Shown: positions 49,236 to 64,000 of the stretch, piece after piece
How positions within the stretch are numbered: position 1 is the first letter of the stretch
Layout: the number at the start of each line of letters is the position of its first letter
Assembly (NCBI RefSeq): GCF_964204645.1
Contig: NC_134028.1
Span: forward strand, 20,704,345 to 20,768,344
From: Tubulanus polymorphus
Taxonomy: Eukaryota; Animalia; Nemertea
Direction of reading: 5' to 3'
DNA length: 64,000 nucleotides
Translations under genes and position numbers: made by a program
Notes under the pieces: model-generated
The model's database searches: none
Told to the model about the DNA's origin: nothing
The model's input: only the letters and a program-made list of their open reading frames with translations

Positions 49236-50190
49236 TGTAAATCGCTATTGTACTTCATTTATTACAATACATAAGAACACCGATCTGGTACATACTTGTT
49301 TTTCAAGATATAAACTATGGTTTACATTGTGTCGAATCGAAAAGTGAACGCAATAGCTCGCTGTTTTGTGGACCTCATGCCTACATTACTAGCTTTATGC
49401 TATTAAGAGAGTTTTTGAATCCCTTTCGGGGAATTGTTCAAAGCGACGAGTGTAGAATTTAAACATACCATCAACCGAATCGCCCGGATTCAGCATAGAC
49501 GTAGCATGCCTGGTTGGAAGTACTCAACACCCTTATTCATTCTTCCAACGTAATATGCTGCATTTCGGTGCAGGGTAACGCTTGATAATGCCTTCTAGGA
49601 CACTAAAGTGTCATTATGAGATGTGACAAGTCCTTCAAAATGGCCTCTGGATCCGACTATTAGCCGGTTTCCCGTATTCAAGTCTTGGGCCCTCGGTGGG
49701 CCGACTGAGATGCTGTAGGATGCTTCGTTTGGTCATCGGTATTTTTACGCTCCGATGGTCATTTTCGGTATTTTCTGTCGACGTTGTTACGTTACAGGAA
49801 TCTAGTATCTGAGTTTAGTATTTCAGTATAGGCGATACAGTTATATAGTACATGTCGTTTTTCAACAACCTGCTGTTTCGTTTCCGGCAGGTGTGGTGGT
49901 GGTGGCATAGGTCCCTCGGTCTTGCGACGTCGGTGTCGATGGCAGTCCGAAGGGAGCCTTGTCTGTGGGTCGTTGGCGAGTCGCAAGGCCGACCTACGCT
50001 CGCCTTATAGGGATACTAAATAGGAAAAAATCAAATCGCTTCTAATCCAAGATCAAAACCAGCCCCTGATAGATATGAGAATTTTCCAACTTAATTGTTA
50101 TCAACGTGAAGCCATAGATGATCTTTTCAGTCTGTATCGATTACTTTATTTTATCTAGAACTCATATTAACGAAAAGAGACCACTTGTTG

Positions 50191-52592
50191 CTATTTATAA
50201 GCTGCACCACCATCCACAGTAAGAGCGACACCAGTCGTAAAAGACGCGTCATCCGAAGCTAAGAACCTGACCGCCTTCGCCACCTCTTCAGCCTCGGCGT
50301 TACGACCCAGCGGGTGGAATACCGCGCCGGTGTTTTCCATGTACTGAAACACAGATTTCATTTCTATTTGACTGATTTTACATAAATACACAGGAAACAT
50401 TCAATTAGATAAAAATGTCATATGCGTTGCAACCTTGTCTAGTTCGGCTTTAGTCGTTTCAAAACGTTCCTGCAATTTCGTCAGTACTTCACCAGGGCTG
50501 AAATATGATATTTGAATATTCGTACAACCATATGAGCCATTCCGTTTGTATCCTCTGGGGCCGCAGTCAACCCCCCCTCGTCAGACATACGTAATTCGTC
50601 GTCGAATTTGTGACGAAAACACATTTCAAACAACAACGAATTCAGGGTTCATTTTTTCAAAGATGCTTTATACTTAAGGCCATTCAAGGCCAACCAACAC
50701 TAAGATTCAGGATCAATCCAAAGACTTGTTGCCAAAATCAGGGCCGGCTCCCTATGACAACCATAAGCCAGTAACAAGTGGTGAGATTGAAATTCGTTAA
50801 AACTCGTCCATTGTTGAAACGTCAACGACATTTAATCAAGTCAAACTGTCTTGACCGGGCTTAGTTCATAATAATAGTTATACCGATTGTTATTTAATTC
50901 ATTCATAACGCAAAAATATAAAAATAAACGCCATGCTTCAACTGAAGGGACTGTGTTTAATCTTGTGTAAACATGTCCAGGTGTCGTTTCCAAACCTTTG
51001 ATGATCTTGTGTTCAAGTGAAAAGTATGAGCGTTATGATGTTGAATCGTAACAGTAAGGAAATAATGGTGTCGATCTAGTGGCGAGTTCCGGGCAGGGGG
51101 CTAGGATTGTCATTGACCACTGCACAAGTTAAAACTTAGGTAAAATTTTGCTACAAGTTACTAACACTATTATCCATATTATTTGACAAAAAAACAAAGG
51201 AACTCACTTTACAGAATTGACTCGAACTCCAAATTCTGCAAGCTCTGAAAGTACGTTAATATTATAGTTTCATTTTAGAATCTCTTTCATCCCTTCAGGA
51301 GTTGTGGGCGATATGTGACGTTTACCTATTGCTAGATTACGCATTAGATGATCAATAGCTGCTTTCGACATGTTGTACGCAATCGTTTCCGTAGCCTTAA
51401 AAACAGAAAAATAATGGTATATATCTGAAAAATCTGGATTTAAGACCTTGACAGGGAACTTTCGATTTCTTAAACTCACGACAATTAAACTATTGACGCT
51501 TGAAACCATGACTATATTTCCTGAAAAGAAAAACGAATTTCGCATTGGGCTAGTTGGTACAGCATTGCGGCCGAGTACATCAAACATATTCAGTTCTAAT
51601 CAATCTTAAGACTTTAAGACCAGACAACTGTGCAACTGCTGTTTGAGGAAGTTTGGAGGCTTAGTGTCTAGGTCGAGTTCCACAATCCGTGACTTCATAA
51701 AATGATACGTAAGACTGGTTTTAAGTGGATTACATTGGTCTCACAAAATGCTAAAAACATAAACACACATCCCACACGTGTCCATTAGACTGACTGCAAT
51801 CAATCGGTTTTCAGATCGAACTGACTGGTCACACCGCGGGTATAGTCCTACCTTTTTGTTTAATGATGTGAGGTCGCACGAGTTTGGTCAAATAGAACAC
51901 AGATCTGAGGTTGACTTTCATTGTGAGGTCATAATCTTCCATCGTTTGTGTTTCAAGGTTTCCAAGTTTTGCAGTACCTGCATTGTTCACCTGGGAATTC
52001 ATAGGTTTAACATCGTACATGTATCTCTCCTCCTAAGATTGAAAAATTCTAAGACATAAAAATTCTCTCTTACCAGAACATCTATGACTCCAAACTTTTC
52101 AATAGTTTCATCAACCAATTTTCTTATTCCTCCATCTTCACCGGCAAAATCTACTATTACACTTAAAATCTAAAAAATAAGAAAAACAAAAAAACTAATC
52201 CATAGAAAACTGAAGACATTATAAACTGTGGACGAGTCAGTTGAGATATGGACTATGAAACGAATCGTTTCATAGTGGTTGCGATTACGTATGATTTCTG
52301 CCAACCTGCGAATCAGTGACCCCTTCGCGTTTACACTTATGAACCGTATCTTGAAGGTCGGTTCCATTTCTTCCGGTCAGGACTAATTTCGATCCGTGTT
52401 TAGCGAATTCCAAAGCTATTGCTTTTCCTATTCCATTACTGGCTCCTGAAAACATACATGTTTTCTTGTTATTGGTTGAATGAAAGCATGCAACGCGTAG
52501 GTGTTTAGGGGTGGATTAAAGCGCATGTAAGCTGAACATAGACATCGCATACCTGTTATAAGAACGACTTTATTTCTCAACGACAACGCCAT
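50191..52592 (-). CDS. Classical short-chain dehydrogenase/reductase (FabG-like), paralog 1
   Basis: [13 protein letters not shown]|[52 protein letters not shown]. Confidence 0.92.
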
Positions 52593-54800
52593 TTCACTAG
52601 GTCTACGCCTTGCAACAACTAGTTATATTGAAAAATGCTTTATTGTGCCTAGGGCGAACATCCGGTATCGGAGTAAGTGAAACCGAATGTCATTTAGTCG
52701 GGACTGTATGATCCGATGGTCGACCACGGGATTGAGCACGGTCGCAGTAGTTCGGACCTATTTCCAAGACAGTGTGAATTACGCGACAACTGACGACCTA
52801 AATGTGTTCGGTAGTTGCGACCACCAGTCGAACGAAAACCGAAGTTCACTTAGGCATATATAGGTGTATAACCTGCTATCGTGTTTCGTGTACTGTTTTT
52901 CACTATGAAGATATCTCTTATCTATTCAGGCATTATATGCAAGCACGTGTCTGATTGTCGTTTCGCTATTCACTACCAGCTATCGCAAACCTTTTCTCCA
53001 TAATGCGTTAGCAGAAAAGGGATCCAGGAAGAAAGACACTAAATATTTGGATGAATATATGAAAGCTGTGGGTACTGTAGTGTGTAATGGGGTAGTGTAG
53101 TGTGATCTGTGTGCATTTGTGGCCAGCACACAGATCACATTGTTCATTGGGGTTTGGTCCAGGACTCGCGAGATTTTCAGCAACACGGAAGTAACGTGTA
53201 ATAAATGATGACTTGAATTGCATGACTACCTACCACCCCTCATTACTGTTGGAAAACTAAACGTTCCGCACTGACTAAAAATTAGTAATAACATTTTAGA
53301 AATGGCCAGAATTTTAACTTAGGATCTATCTCATTTTTATTTTACAATTGCGATTGGTATAATTTCTTTTTAAACGGCCGTTAAGGCTTCATGTTTCGTC
53401 TGCAATTCACTGCAAATAGTTACGCAACTACGCACATTTCAGTGTTTTTGGCAGCTGTACACTCAATCGGCACCGTTCGTGTCTAGCTTCACTGCGGAAT
53501 TATCATTAATTAACATCGCCATATCACATCATCAACTTATATTGTGCCTTAAAACCCTAACAATTAACCGAAATAATTGAAATGCACACACGATTTCTAT
53601 CATTGAAAATTGAGAGAGTGGCCATGTTTGTGTTCTGCTGCTTCGCGTAAATCCCGCGCGGAGTGGGGCCGATACGTCTAGAGCGCATACTCTGACTTAA
53701 AAAAGTTAGGCTGCTTCATATATATCTCATGGAAATACAAGGCGTCGTGTTGGCATCGTAAGCCGGCTTATCAGCCGAGCGATGCGAGAAATTCTTGAAT
53801 ACAATGTATTTTAATTCAGTCAACCATTGATGATCAAGTTTGATTCACTATACATACAACTTTTCGAATGTATGTTTATGTTCTTTTCAATTTATATGAC
53901 ATTTTTGTTAACTGTCATCGAGAACTGCGCTTACAAATTCCGGCAATGGGATTAGAAATTTAGACAGCAAGTCGGCATTTTAGTTTCTGGTCATAAAATT
54001 TCAAACCTCTTCTTAAGGCAAACCGAACCTACAGCACAGAAGGTGATTGGACAGACGAAACGAAATTCGTAAATATATGGCGTGAGCACCATCTCGATAA
54101 ATATCTATCTTGTTTCGCAGTGAGCCCATCATCTTAATTCGATACGGTAATTAAGCTCGAAATGACCGAATGTCACCACATTCCACCTCATTTTGAACGA
54201 GCATACAAATGTATGTTCAAATTGAAACTAATTCTCTAAATGAATATTATGTTCTTCACATGACAATCGGCTCAGTTGGCAGTCGGTTCAGTTGCCAGTG
54301 ATCGCAGTAGTTTGCGGAAGCAACTGGCTGGATCTCGTATATCGCGCCGCTAGTCGGGTTCATCAGTTGCTGGGAATCGGAGCGTTGACACAAGCTTGGC
54401 TTACGAACACGGTTCTCCTCAGTACACTTCTCAGTTGTGTCGGTAGGCGTCGCGTGGCAGGTCACATAACTTCAGTGTTGTTTTGTAAATATTTGTATAT
54501 AAATGTGTAATAGTTTTCCTCCATATACCATGGAAATGGTTGGAGTGTAAATAAAATCGTAAATCGTAACCAGCCTGTGACCGTATTGAATTTGAATCCA
54601 GGCTGCAGATACCTGCGATTTTCAGATAGGCCAAGACGGTTAGAGACTGCAGTTCACCTGGATGAACGCGCTGCATCCGAAGACTAGAATTTATCCAACA
54701 ATGAATACAATAAGACGTTCAATTATACACCATCAAGATACTATCAATTAGTTTATACACAGAATGAGCTCAAGGAAGAGGACCCCCATCGAAGTTTATT

Positions 54801-57800
54801 TTATTTCTTATGCGCTGCACCACCATCCACAGGGAGAGTTACACCAGTCGTAAACGAGGCGTCATCAGAAGCTAAGAACCTGACCGCCCTCGCCACCTCT
54901 TCACGTTCACCACAGCGACCTAAAGCGTGAACCGTTGGACCAACTTCTTCCGCGTACTGAAATATTGATTTCGTATATACATGTAATTCTTTTTTCCGGT
55001 TCTCTGTTGTGACAAGAATTTCCGAATCACCATTCAAATGACACGCGTGATCGTTTTGTACCTTTTCCAGTTGGTCTTCAGCTATTCCAACGCGTCCTTG
55101 TAATTTCGTCAGTACTTCACCAGGGCTAAAACGAATAGATTTAGATATACGTAGGCAAACACGTGCATGTATTAGTGGGGGTCGTAGAGGTAAATCGCGT
55201 TGAGGTGACCTCCGGTTTAATTGGAATTAATTAGCCAAATACTTACTTTACAGCATTGACTCGTACCCCAAATTCTGCTAGCTCTGAAATTGACACAATA
55301 AATCTTTCTTCTATTTATGAATGACCGAGACTGAGCTAGTCGTTTCAAAGGCTATTAATATTTCGTCGATGATATCAAGATTTGTGCAACGTGCCGTTAA
55401 AAGTGGATGCTTAGTATTACATATACCTATTGCTAGATTACGCATAAGATGATCCAGTGCTGCTTTTGACATGTTATAAGCAATCGTTTTTGCAGTCTAT
55501 AAAAGCAGAAAATGACATTAGAAAAATTTAATCGATCTTGTGATGTATGGACAGCCAGTGTTTTCCATACTTACCACGATTAAACTATTGACGCTTGAAA
55601 CCATGACTATATTTCCTGTAAAGAAGGAAATGACGTTGGTGGAGTTGATAACATCAGGACTGATTGTTCAACATATTGAGGTGGTGGATATAGTCATCTA
55701 AACATGGACGTATAAACTAGATTATACATCTATTTTATAAATGGATACCTTTTTGCTTAATGATGTGAGGTCGCACGAGTTTGGTCAAATAGAACACAGA
55801 TCTGAGGTTGACTTTCATTATAAGGTCATAATCTTCCATCGTTTGCGTTTCAAGGTTTCCGAATTTCGCGGTACCTGCATTATTCACCTGGGAAAATTTG
55901 ATGAAATAAAATCGCTAAAATCTATTATCACTTATAGGACGCGCTAATATATTTCTAAGTCCTTACCAGAATATCGATGACTTCAAACTTTTCAATAGTT
56001 TTATCAACCAAATTTTTTATTCCCTCATCTTCACCGGCAAAATCTACTATTACACTTAAAATCTAAAGCACATAGAAATAAACAATGGAAAACAAAAGAA
56101 CGCTTGTCACTGTAGCTGAATCCGTTCAGATTGATTTCAGTCACCTGCGAATCCGCGACACCTTCGTGTTTACACTGATCAACCGTATCTTGAAGGTCAG
56201 CTTCATTTCTTCCGGTTAGGACTAATTTTGATCCGTGTCGAGCAAATTCTACAGCTATTGCTTTTCCAATTCCATTACTGGCTCCTGAAACACGATGTAT
56301 ATACGTACTACGTGTAAAACTAAGGTAAAAAAAAAACATGTTTCTAAAGATTCAGGAATGAAAAATCTAATTTATTTTTTACTTTTATTTTTTGAATTTA
56401 CTTTTATCTTTTACTTTTAAAGAATTGACCCGCCATAAAACCTTGTAGCCTTGATTATAAACGGTACCGGTACTCATTTTTACGTATTTGAAAAGTAAAC
56501 TATGGGTCCAGGGACACCATGCCCAAAGGTGAAGTGGTTTCAATTGCTAAACAATCTAACAATTTCAATATTCAACGCCCCCATCCAATGACCTTGAAAG
56601 ATCTAATGACCTTGAAACTCACCACAATCATAGAACATGTCAGCAGCTACAATTTTGTAATTGATTGTGGTAACAAAATATGCCTAGTTACCAATATATG
56701 GAAATACTAAGTAATTCTACTATTCAACGCCCCCTGGTGACCATATGCAAAGCTCTATGACCTTGAAACTCACCGTAATCATGGAACATGTAGTGAGCTA
56801 CAACTTTGCAATTGATTATGGTAAGAAAATGTGCCTAGGTACCAATATAATAAGGAAATATTAAGTTATGCTACTATTCAACGCCCTCTAGTGACCATAT
56901 AGAATAACTAATGTCCTTGAAACTCACCACAATCATAGACCATGTCATGAGCTAGAACTTTCCAATTGATTGTGGTAACAAAATATGCATAGGTACGAAT
57001 ATAATATAGAAATACTAAGTTATTGCATTGTTCAACGCCCCCTGGAGGCCATTCTATCTATTTCTCACTATGTTTCCCACATTTATCCATCGCATAAGCA
57101 TGTAGAAAGGGAATGACTGGTGTTGCCACGATGTAAAAACGTGTTGTCGGGCCTATGTGTTGTCAGTCCAGCAGTCGGACCAGTTCACAGAATCACAGGT
57201 ACAAACGTCGTAAAACTATATGATATTCTTCTATCCCGACTTAGGTAAAATGCGTACGTATCTAACTTGGTCGACCGGATTTGCTAATTGATTTTGACTC
57301 TTTTTCGACTTCCTCTGATGACCCGACCGGCCATGAGAAACGGGTACATTTTTAGCTCTGGATTTATTAGGCTTCAAAATATACCTTATTTCTCAAAATT
57401 CTGAAGTCCAAAATTGTACACCCACCCATCCTCGCTTGCCAGGGGTCCGGTATCACTCCCGAACTCGCTTCCACCAGCTCCCTGGCCTCACGAAGCGTGA
57501 TTTCATTAATGGCGCTGTTGCGCATGACGTCATATATCGATTTGCGAAATACTTCCTTGTTCAGTAAAACGTTCGCTGATTGGTCCATTTAACGGGAAAA
57601 CCAATAGAAGCCTTAAGTCGTTTGTTACAAGTGCTGTGATTGGTACGACCGGATTCTGGTCGGCTAGTAACGACTCCAACGACTCGTGAGGTCAAGGGGT
57701 TCGGCGAACGGCTTTAGCGTAGTGGGTTTGAATCCCTTGACGAGTGAAGATGACACCCACCAGGTTGTTTTAATGAAAAAAAGAAAAACTGAGAAAGACG

Positions 57801-58003
57801 GCCATAAAACGGCAAGGTCTTTGTAATTCAAACTTAGCCTGTGCCGGTGTTTTTGCGTATACACACCGATTGATCCCCTATTCAATAACGTATTACCCAC
57901 GTGCTTATTGAAGAAATTGCATGTTCACTTCAAGAAACATACAATATGATATGCATTTCATACCTGTTATAAGAGCGACTTTGTCTTTCAGTGACGTTGC
58001 CAT
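54801..58003 (-). CDS. Classical SDR, paralog 2
   Basis: [13 protein letters not shown]|GASNGIG with the same exon structure and YNMSK motif. Confidence 0.92.
56497..57050 (+). mobile_element. Partial pearl/HINE-like element in SDR2 intron 1
   Basis: Same 5' end and 154-bp core units as 32331-33604. Confidence 0.8.
57427..57752. repeat. Dispersed repeat, copy 2 of 22105-22430
   Basis: Near-identical sequence. Confidence 0.9.
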
Positions 58004-58397
58004 TGTATCTGCGCTAGGCCTACTTATTCTCCAGCCCGTCTGTGTGTGTGCTGATATCACACTCCACGCGAGCCGTCCGGCGTAAGAAGTGGATCAATAC
58101 AGCGATATCCCAGTACGTACATATCAATCTAACGTCTAACACGAGCTTTTACTGCATAAACTTTATTTGAACTACATGAACGTATGACACGAGGCCTTTA
58201 TTTCAACTATGACACAAGGCTTATGATACTTTCAGGAACGGAACGAAAAGGATCAGGGCTGAGTATAATAAATACGTATCTTGTTCCTTTCCGTTCCTGC
58301 TTTTATCAATTCCGGAATACTGGAAGTAACGCTACGTTCAATGAAATAGGCTGAGACCCACTTCACGTCTGGCAATACGGCAATATGGTGTGGTTAT

Positions 58398-60800
58398 TTA
58401 TCTCTTGAATATGATAGCACCACCATCCACAGTAAGAGCCATCCCGGTCGTAAACGATGCCTCATCTGATGCTAAGAACCTGACCGCCTTCGCCACCTCT
58501 TCAGTTTCGCCGTAGCGTTTGAGAGCGTGGACCGCTGGACCAATTTCTTGCATGTACTGGAAGTAAATAAATGATGTTGAATCTCATTGTTTCTCTTAAT
58601 AAAAGGCGCGCATCACAATTCAGAAAGAATTCGGAAGTGTTGTTGTCATTGGCCAGTTTCACGAAAAGGTCTAACTACCATCGATTTAAGACAAACTGGA
58701 CTCCATCGTTGTGAGGGATAGAGCTTAGAACCCGGTTGACAACTTATTAGTAAACTGCACTAGAATTATGAGTTATTTAGGAGAGGTTCCGATAAAGACC
58801 TACGGCCACTGTTGTACTTCTTTGTGAAGTTGAGAGAAGAAATCATTTCATGTGTCTTAAATAGCATCACTAAGAATGTACCTTTTCGAACTCTTCCTCG
58901 GTCATTCCAGCCCGTCTTTGGATTTTTGTGGGTACAGCTCCAGGACTACAAAATGTAAATTCATACATGTACCAAACATCTAATACATAATATAATCTTA
59001 GAAAACAGATGTTAGCCCTAAATACGGGTCATGTGTTAAAGACTATAGTTTATCCACGTAACACAACTGACTCCAATGGGTCACAGTTATCGACTGAAAT
59101 TGTCTTTTTTAACTTAGAATAAGCATTGTCCCTGTTAATTATTTGATGATATTGGTAGATGTGGTTTGATTTTTCCCTTACAAACCCACCACACCTGCCA
59201 GGTGCGAAACGGGGGGGGGGTTGATTTTGAAATCATGATTCGAAGTTATGCACGTTGAACGATCGGCGGTCGAATTAACAGAACTTTTTGTTAAAATTGA
59301 TGTATAATATAATTGGAAATTTCGCGGCAATCGACTGATTGGCATAATCTTTAACCCGAGCCCAGACCCGGGTCGTAGAATATGGGATCAAAATTAATGG
59401 GGAAAAAACTTACTTTACAGAATTGACCCGAACTCCGAATTCTGCTAGTTCTGAAAGTACGATCCAATTGTTTCATTTTAACACTGAAAGCCTCTAACAT
59501 CCATTCGGGGGTTAGTGGTCTATATAATGTATCTACCTATTGCTAGATTTCGCATCAAATGATCAAGTGCTGCTTTCGACATGTTATACGCAATATCATT
59601 GCGAGTCTACAATAAAATGGATACATCAAAGATGAAGAATTTGGAATCCGGGATTGTATGTACGAATTTCAATCAGTTTCAAACAATTGATTTCTTACTT
59701 ACTGCAATAATACTGTTAATACTAGACATCATAATGATATTCCCTGAAATGAAAATATCATTCCTAGTATTCAATGAAGTTCAAGTAAGGCCGCATGTCT
59801 TCAAGGACAGGGCCTAGTTGCACAGTCATACCATGAGGCCATGCGTGGTTACGGCTAGTCTCAGGGGCGGATCCGTGGCTTAAGGTAAAGGGTAGCACAA
59901 TTTTGAACAAAGGGCTGATCTAGGACAAACAGGACATTTTTGTAAATTTATTGCTTTTTGGTGCAATTTTCATGGACACGAAACTATCGGTACAGTAACA
60001 TTTAGCCGCGCCTGAGTTTTGGACGTAAGAACTACGATGACCTTAGACTGGTCTTAAATCTGACTGCGACTGGTCCATGTTTGTATATATGATTCTAATA
60101 CGGGCACCATCTGAATTCTAATCATAAGTTACCTACCTTTTTGTTTAATGATGTGGGGTCGAACGAGTTTAGTTAAATAGAACACAGATCTGACGTTCAC
60201 TTTCATTGTGAGGTCATAATCTTCCATCGTTTGTGTTTCAAGGTTTCCGCGTCTTGAAGTACCTGCATTGTTTACCTGTAAAACCGGAGAAAGTGTTTTA
60301 TCTATGTTTTTACTAATTGATTCCCCTCAAAAAGACCCATCAGGAGTATTATACCAGAATATCGATGACACCAAACTTTTCAATAGTTTTATCAACTAAA
60401 TTCTTTATTCCTTCTTCTTCACCGGCAAAATCTACTATTAAACTTAAGATCTAAAACAAATAGAGAAATTATAGAAAACGAAATAAGACTTGAAACTGTG
60501 GATGAATTAAGTGAGTGATTTCAATCCACCTGCGAATCGGTGATTCCTTCGTGTTTACACTTATCAACCGTATCTTGAAGGTCAGCTTCATTTCTCCCGG
60601 TCAGGACTAATCTCGATCCGTGTTTAGCGAATTCTACCGCAACCGCTTTTCCTATTCCACTGCTGGCCCCTGAAAAATACGAGGTTAGCCCATATAGTTT
60701 CTTCTCAAAGCTTCGGCAGAGGACCTTTGATATCATCGAGTTAGTTATTTTCAGTTTTCCTACCCGTTATAATAACGACTTTTTCCTTAAGCATTGTCAT
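58398..60800 (-). CDS. Classical SDR, paralog 3
   Basis: [12 protein letters not shown]|GASSGIG, VNNAG, YNMSKAA, ends [10 protein letters not shown]. Confidence 0.92.
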
Positions 60801-62828
60801 TCCACTCTTGTTCGGAGAAGACTCAAAGAAATAAATGGTGATCTTATCAAAGTGTGCTGTGACATTAGGTCTTCGTACCTACGTACAACAACACGCAATA
60901 CAGTAGGCTGTATACATTGTTATACGCAGTCATGTAACAGCTTTTCCAATAAAAAACAACGCAAATCTAATAAATGCCGCTCTTGGTTGGTACGTAATGT
61001 TGATTTTATCCAATTACACCCGATTTTGAATCCAGTGGCTTGATCCATGATAACATCTCTTGCGTCTGTTCTGAAAAACGTACACCTTTATGTAATTAAA
61101 AATTAATTCTTTAAATTCAATGGGCAAAACAAATTATGTTCATAACTCTCTAGATTTTTAAAAGTTATGTAAAATCTTAGGAGAACTCGATCACTACAAG
61201 CTGTATCATGTTTTGTGCTGTTTCGGATTTTCTTTTTGGATTGTGAAGTGTTATGCTGCCATTTTCATAAAAGTGTTGCTTCCATCTTTATGAATATATC
61301 AATATGAATGTCATTTGTCAAAAGTTTATCAACCGACAATAAAGTTTAAAGTATATATGTATATATATAATATAAAACCTATATTTCCATCCAGTTTGAT
61401 TGTTTCTCGGAAACAGGTCACAACTGGCGTTGGAAAGAAATGTAGGTAGGGCGTGATTTTAGGAGGTCTTTGTGTTATATGGTAATTTGTTCCTTGCGCT
61501 TGTTCCTCTTTTTGGTTCATATCGTTTTCCGAGTTAGGGCAATATTCATATCTAATATCATATCATGGCAGTGGTGATCACAAGAGCAAAGTTATGCTAG
61601 GCTGACGATGCGTTCAAACTTCAGTTGATCTTCATAAACGTTTGTCCTATGGAAAAAAATCGATTGCAATATATTGGAATCGATTTTTACTTTAAACTAT
61701 AGTTTAAAGTTCAAGTTGCCGTATAGCTTTTAGGACGTGAATCATAGCATGACTTGTTGTTATCAGCACCAGGTCCTGGACTTTCGTTAATAATAGATGT
61801 TTGCGGAAAAGTCAGTCCACTTCCACTCGAGACTGTGTCACCGTTTGTTAGTGATAACAAAACATATTAGGTTGCAAATTTCACTGGAAGCCAGGTAGCG
61901 TCTGTTATCCGTGCCGTCTTTTGGATCAAACCGTTAGGAAGAAATGGTCAAAGCGTATTTCGATCTAGCTTCAATGTTATTGGTTTTTATTCCCTACATG
62001 TTTCAGCAGGTGAAAGCCAACCATCTAATCCGTGTTAATATAAAACATGGACAAACTCAGCTGATAGATTACCGTATATATTCCTGATAACTGGGTGAGG
62101 TTCGTGGATATTCATACATGTATTCTTAATAGTTAAGAAATGGTTGCTGTAGTTGAAACATACTTATATAGCACCACGAGCCTATAACCATCACTACCAT
62201 TTTGCTGTCCACCGTAGAACCAGTACACCTCCATTTTGAGCTATCTCTCTTAAAAAGCCGATTTCGTTGAGAGATAATTGTCGTGATGGTTAAAGGCTTG
62301 TTGGAAGCAGAATATCTTGTTTGTATTGAAGCTTATTTCATGTGAATCGGTTGAGAATATTTGCAAATACAGTCGATTGAGGTGGAGAGGTCATTTTGAG
62401 ATTGATGATTGGTAACCCAATTGTTTCTTATAATACAGGAATACCGGGAGTCGTTAATGATATCAACTGTGTGACAAGCCCCTGTGTGTTTTTCCTGAAT
62501 AGAACTGATACATTTTTCAACCTGTTCAGATCCTTCACTATAAGATATTTCACCATTTACAATAAATTCATGTACAACGAATATTGATATTTCAGTTTAG
62601 TTAATTTGTCATTTACGCAATAAACTCTCGCAATAAATCTTAGTAATTTGTGTTCGATTCGCGAGAATTTTCTATTCGCAGTTCACAATAAATCTTACGA
62701 TAAAGACTTAAAGTGATTTCTTTATATCGACGTTAGATTGATAACGCGAGAAGAGGCAGTCAGTTTTCCAGTACATTCTGAGACAGTCAGTACGCAGGCA
62801 GACGACCAGTACACGATCTGTGCGTAAA

Positions 62829-63420
62829 TGATGATAACTCAGATGATAATTGGTCGAACCTACAACAATTACATCATTCACGTGGTGAACAGCTCTCGAA
62901 TTTACCGTACTGTGTCACTGGCCATTCTGTTTATTGCGTTCCTGTTAGGAATCTTCGGAATTCGGCTACATTCCTTATAATGTTTAGTCGGATTTAGTCG
63001 CAGTTTATCGTACGCTTACAATCTTATCGTTCTGTCTCCCAGCGATTCCATACACTGTATCAATTATACGCTTATGCCTGTTTTACGATTTGTTTTCTTG
63101 CACGTTAGAGACGGTCCTATATTCATGATGAATTCACGGATCAGTTGTCAAATCTATGAATTTGTAATGCAACTCGCAGTCTGCGATAGTTCATGGTTAC
63201 AATATCTCTAGAACGTGCGGCAGTTGTGCTCTTCCCGTTCACATCTCGTTTGATATGTACACCGAGATTCGCTAGATTTGCTTCATTGATGATTGCTGCA
63301 TTGTGCTGTTGCTAAATCCCACACCTGTTTTATCGATACATTTTACTGACCTGTTTTTCGGATGTTACCATGAATTATCAGACCAAATATTTTTCATCAC
63401 AATTGTTTACATCTACATTT
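62829..63420 (+). pseudogene. Decayed intronless class A (peptide-receptor-like) GPCR, TM1-TM4
   Basis: LAILFIAFLLGIFG(N), YNLIVLS.SDS, SSW..TISLERAAVVLFPF.SRLICTPRFAR, IPHL across frameshifts and stops. Confidence 0.75.
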
Positions 63421-63424
63421 TACA

Positions 63425-64000
63425 GTTGAATTGAATTGAATTTATTTGCAAAATAAATTGTTACAAAAAATATCGACACAATATACATTATATTCAGAGT
63501 AACAATATATAGTGCGAGGAGTAAGGAGAAGTCAAAATTTGACTTATACGAGTCCTTACCCCTCGGTCAACAATCACACTCACATGCACTCATCACTTAC
63601 ACATACACGCACATTCGTTACAAGAATCACCCTTTACATATATAAACAATTAAATGGCGGCCACGTTGCGGGCATTAGTATTTTGCGACCAAATAATTGG
63701 TTAAGCATTTTTTAAAGAAAGGGCGTGATTTCGAAGATTTGAGTTTTCTGGGAAGGGAGTTCCAGGATCTTGCACCTTGGATTTTTAATGATTTCATTCT
63801 AAAGTTAGATTTCGCATATTCCACTTTTAAATTTAGTGGGCGACGAGAAGGTCGCCCTGTCATGGATTTTAGAAAACAGTAAAATTCATTGAAAATTGAT
63901 GGTAAGTTTTGATTAATTTGACTAAAGACAAAATTGCACAGCTGAAATTGATATATGTCGTGTAGCTTTAAGATTTCTAATTTCTTGAAAATTGGAGATG
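63425..64000 (-). mobile_element. CR1/L2-type LINE 3' end
   Basis: ORF2 C-terminus SLKIQGARSWNSLP..LK..FKK.L.NYL, AATAAA and (ATTCA)n tail. Confidence 0.85.

Overview
AT-rich, intron-containing animal (probably invertebrate) genomic DNA; nothing here looks prokaryotic. Host genes from left to right: a BHMT-like homocysteine methyltransferase (-), a BMPER/crossveinless-2-like VWC+VWD gene with an in-frame TGA and lost cysteines (+), a small secreted prepropeptide that looks like a cationic antimicrobial peptide (+), DXO/Dom3Z (+), a PALB2-like WD40 gene (-) head-to-head with RAB40 (+), three tandem SDR oxidoreductases (-) and a decayed class A GPCR (+). The most unusual structure is a 9.86-kb composite retroelement in an intron of the BMPER-like gene (5335-15192). 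Its shell has LTRs, a 4-bp TSD, a tRNA-Ala-type PBS and a PPT but no gag-pol of its own. Inside, antisense, is an Ngaro-type tyrosine-recombinase cassette (SGNH hydrolase, gag, RT/RNaseH, YR). That cassette carries two hairpin arrays: a 54-bp tandem array upstream of gag, and a ~65-bp-periodic array of covarying stem-loops with unique spacers downstream of YR. The window also holds Penelope fragments with minimal hammerhead ribozymes, Helentron-type (pearl/HINE) elements, several MITEs, LINE/SINE remnants and minisatellites. All calls were made by eye; exon boundaries are approximate to a few bases.
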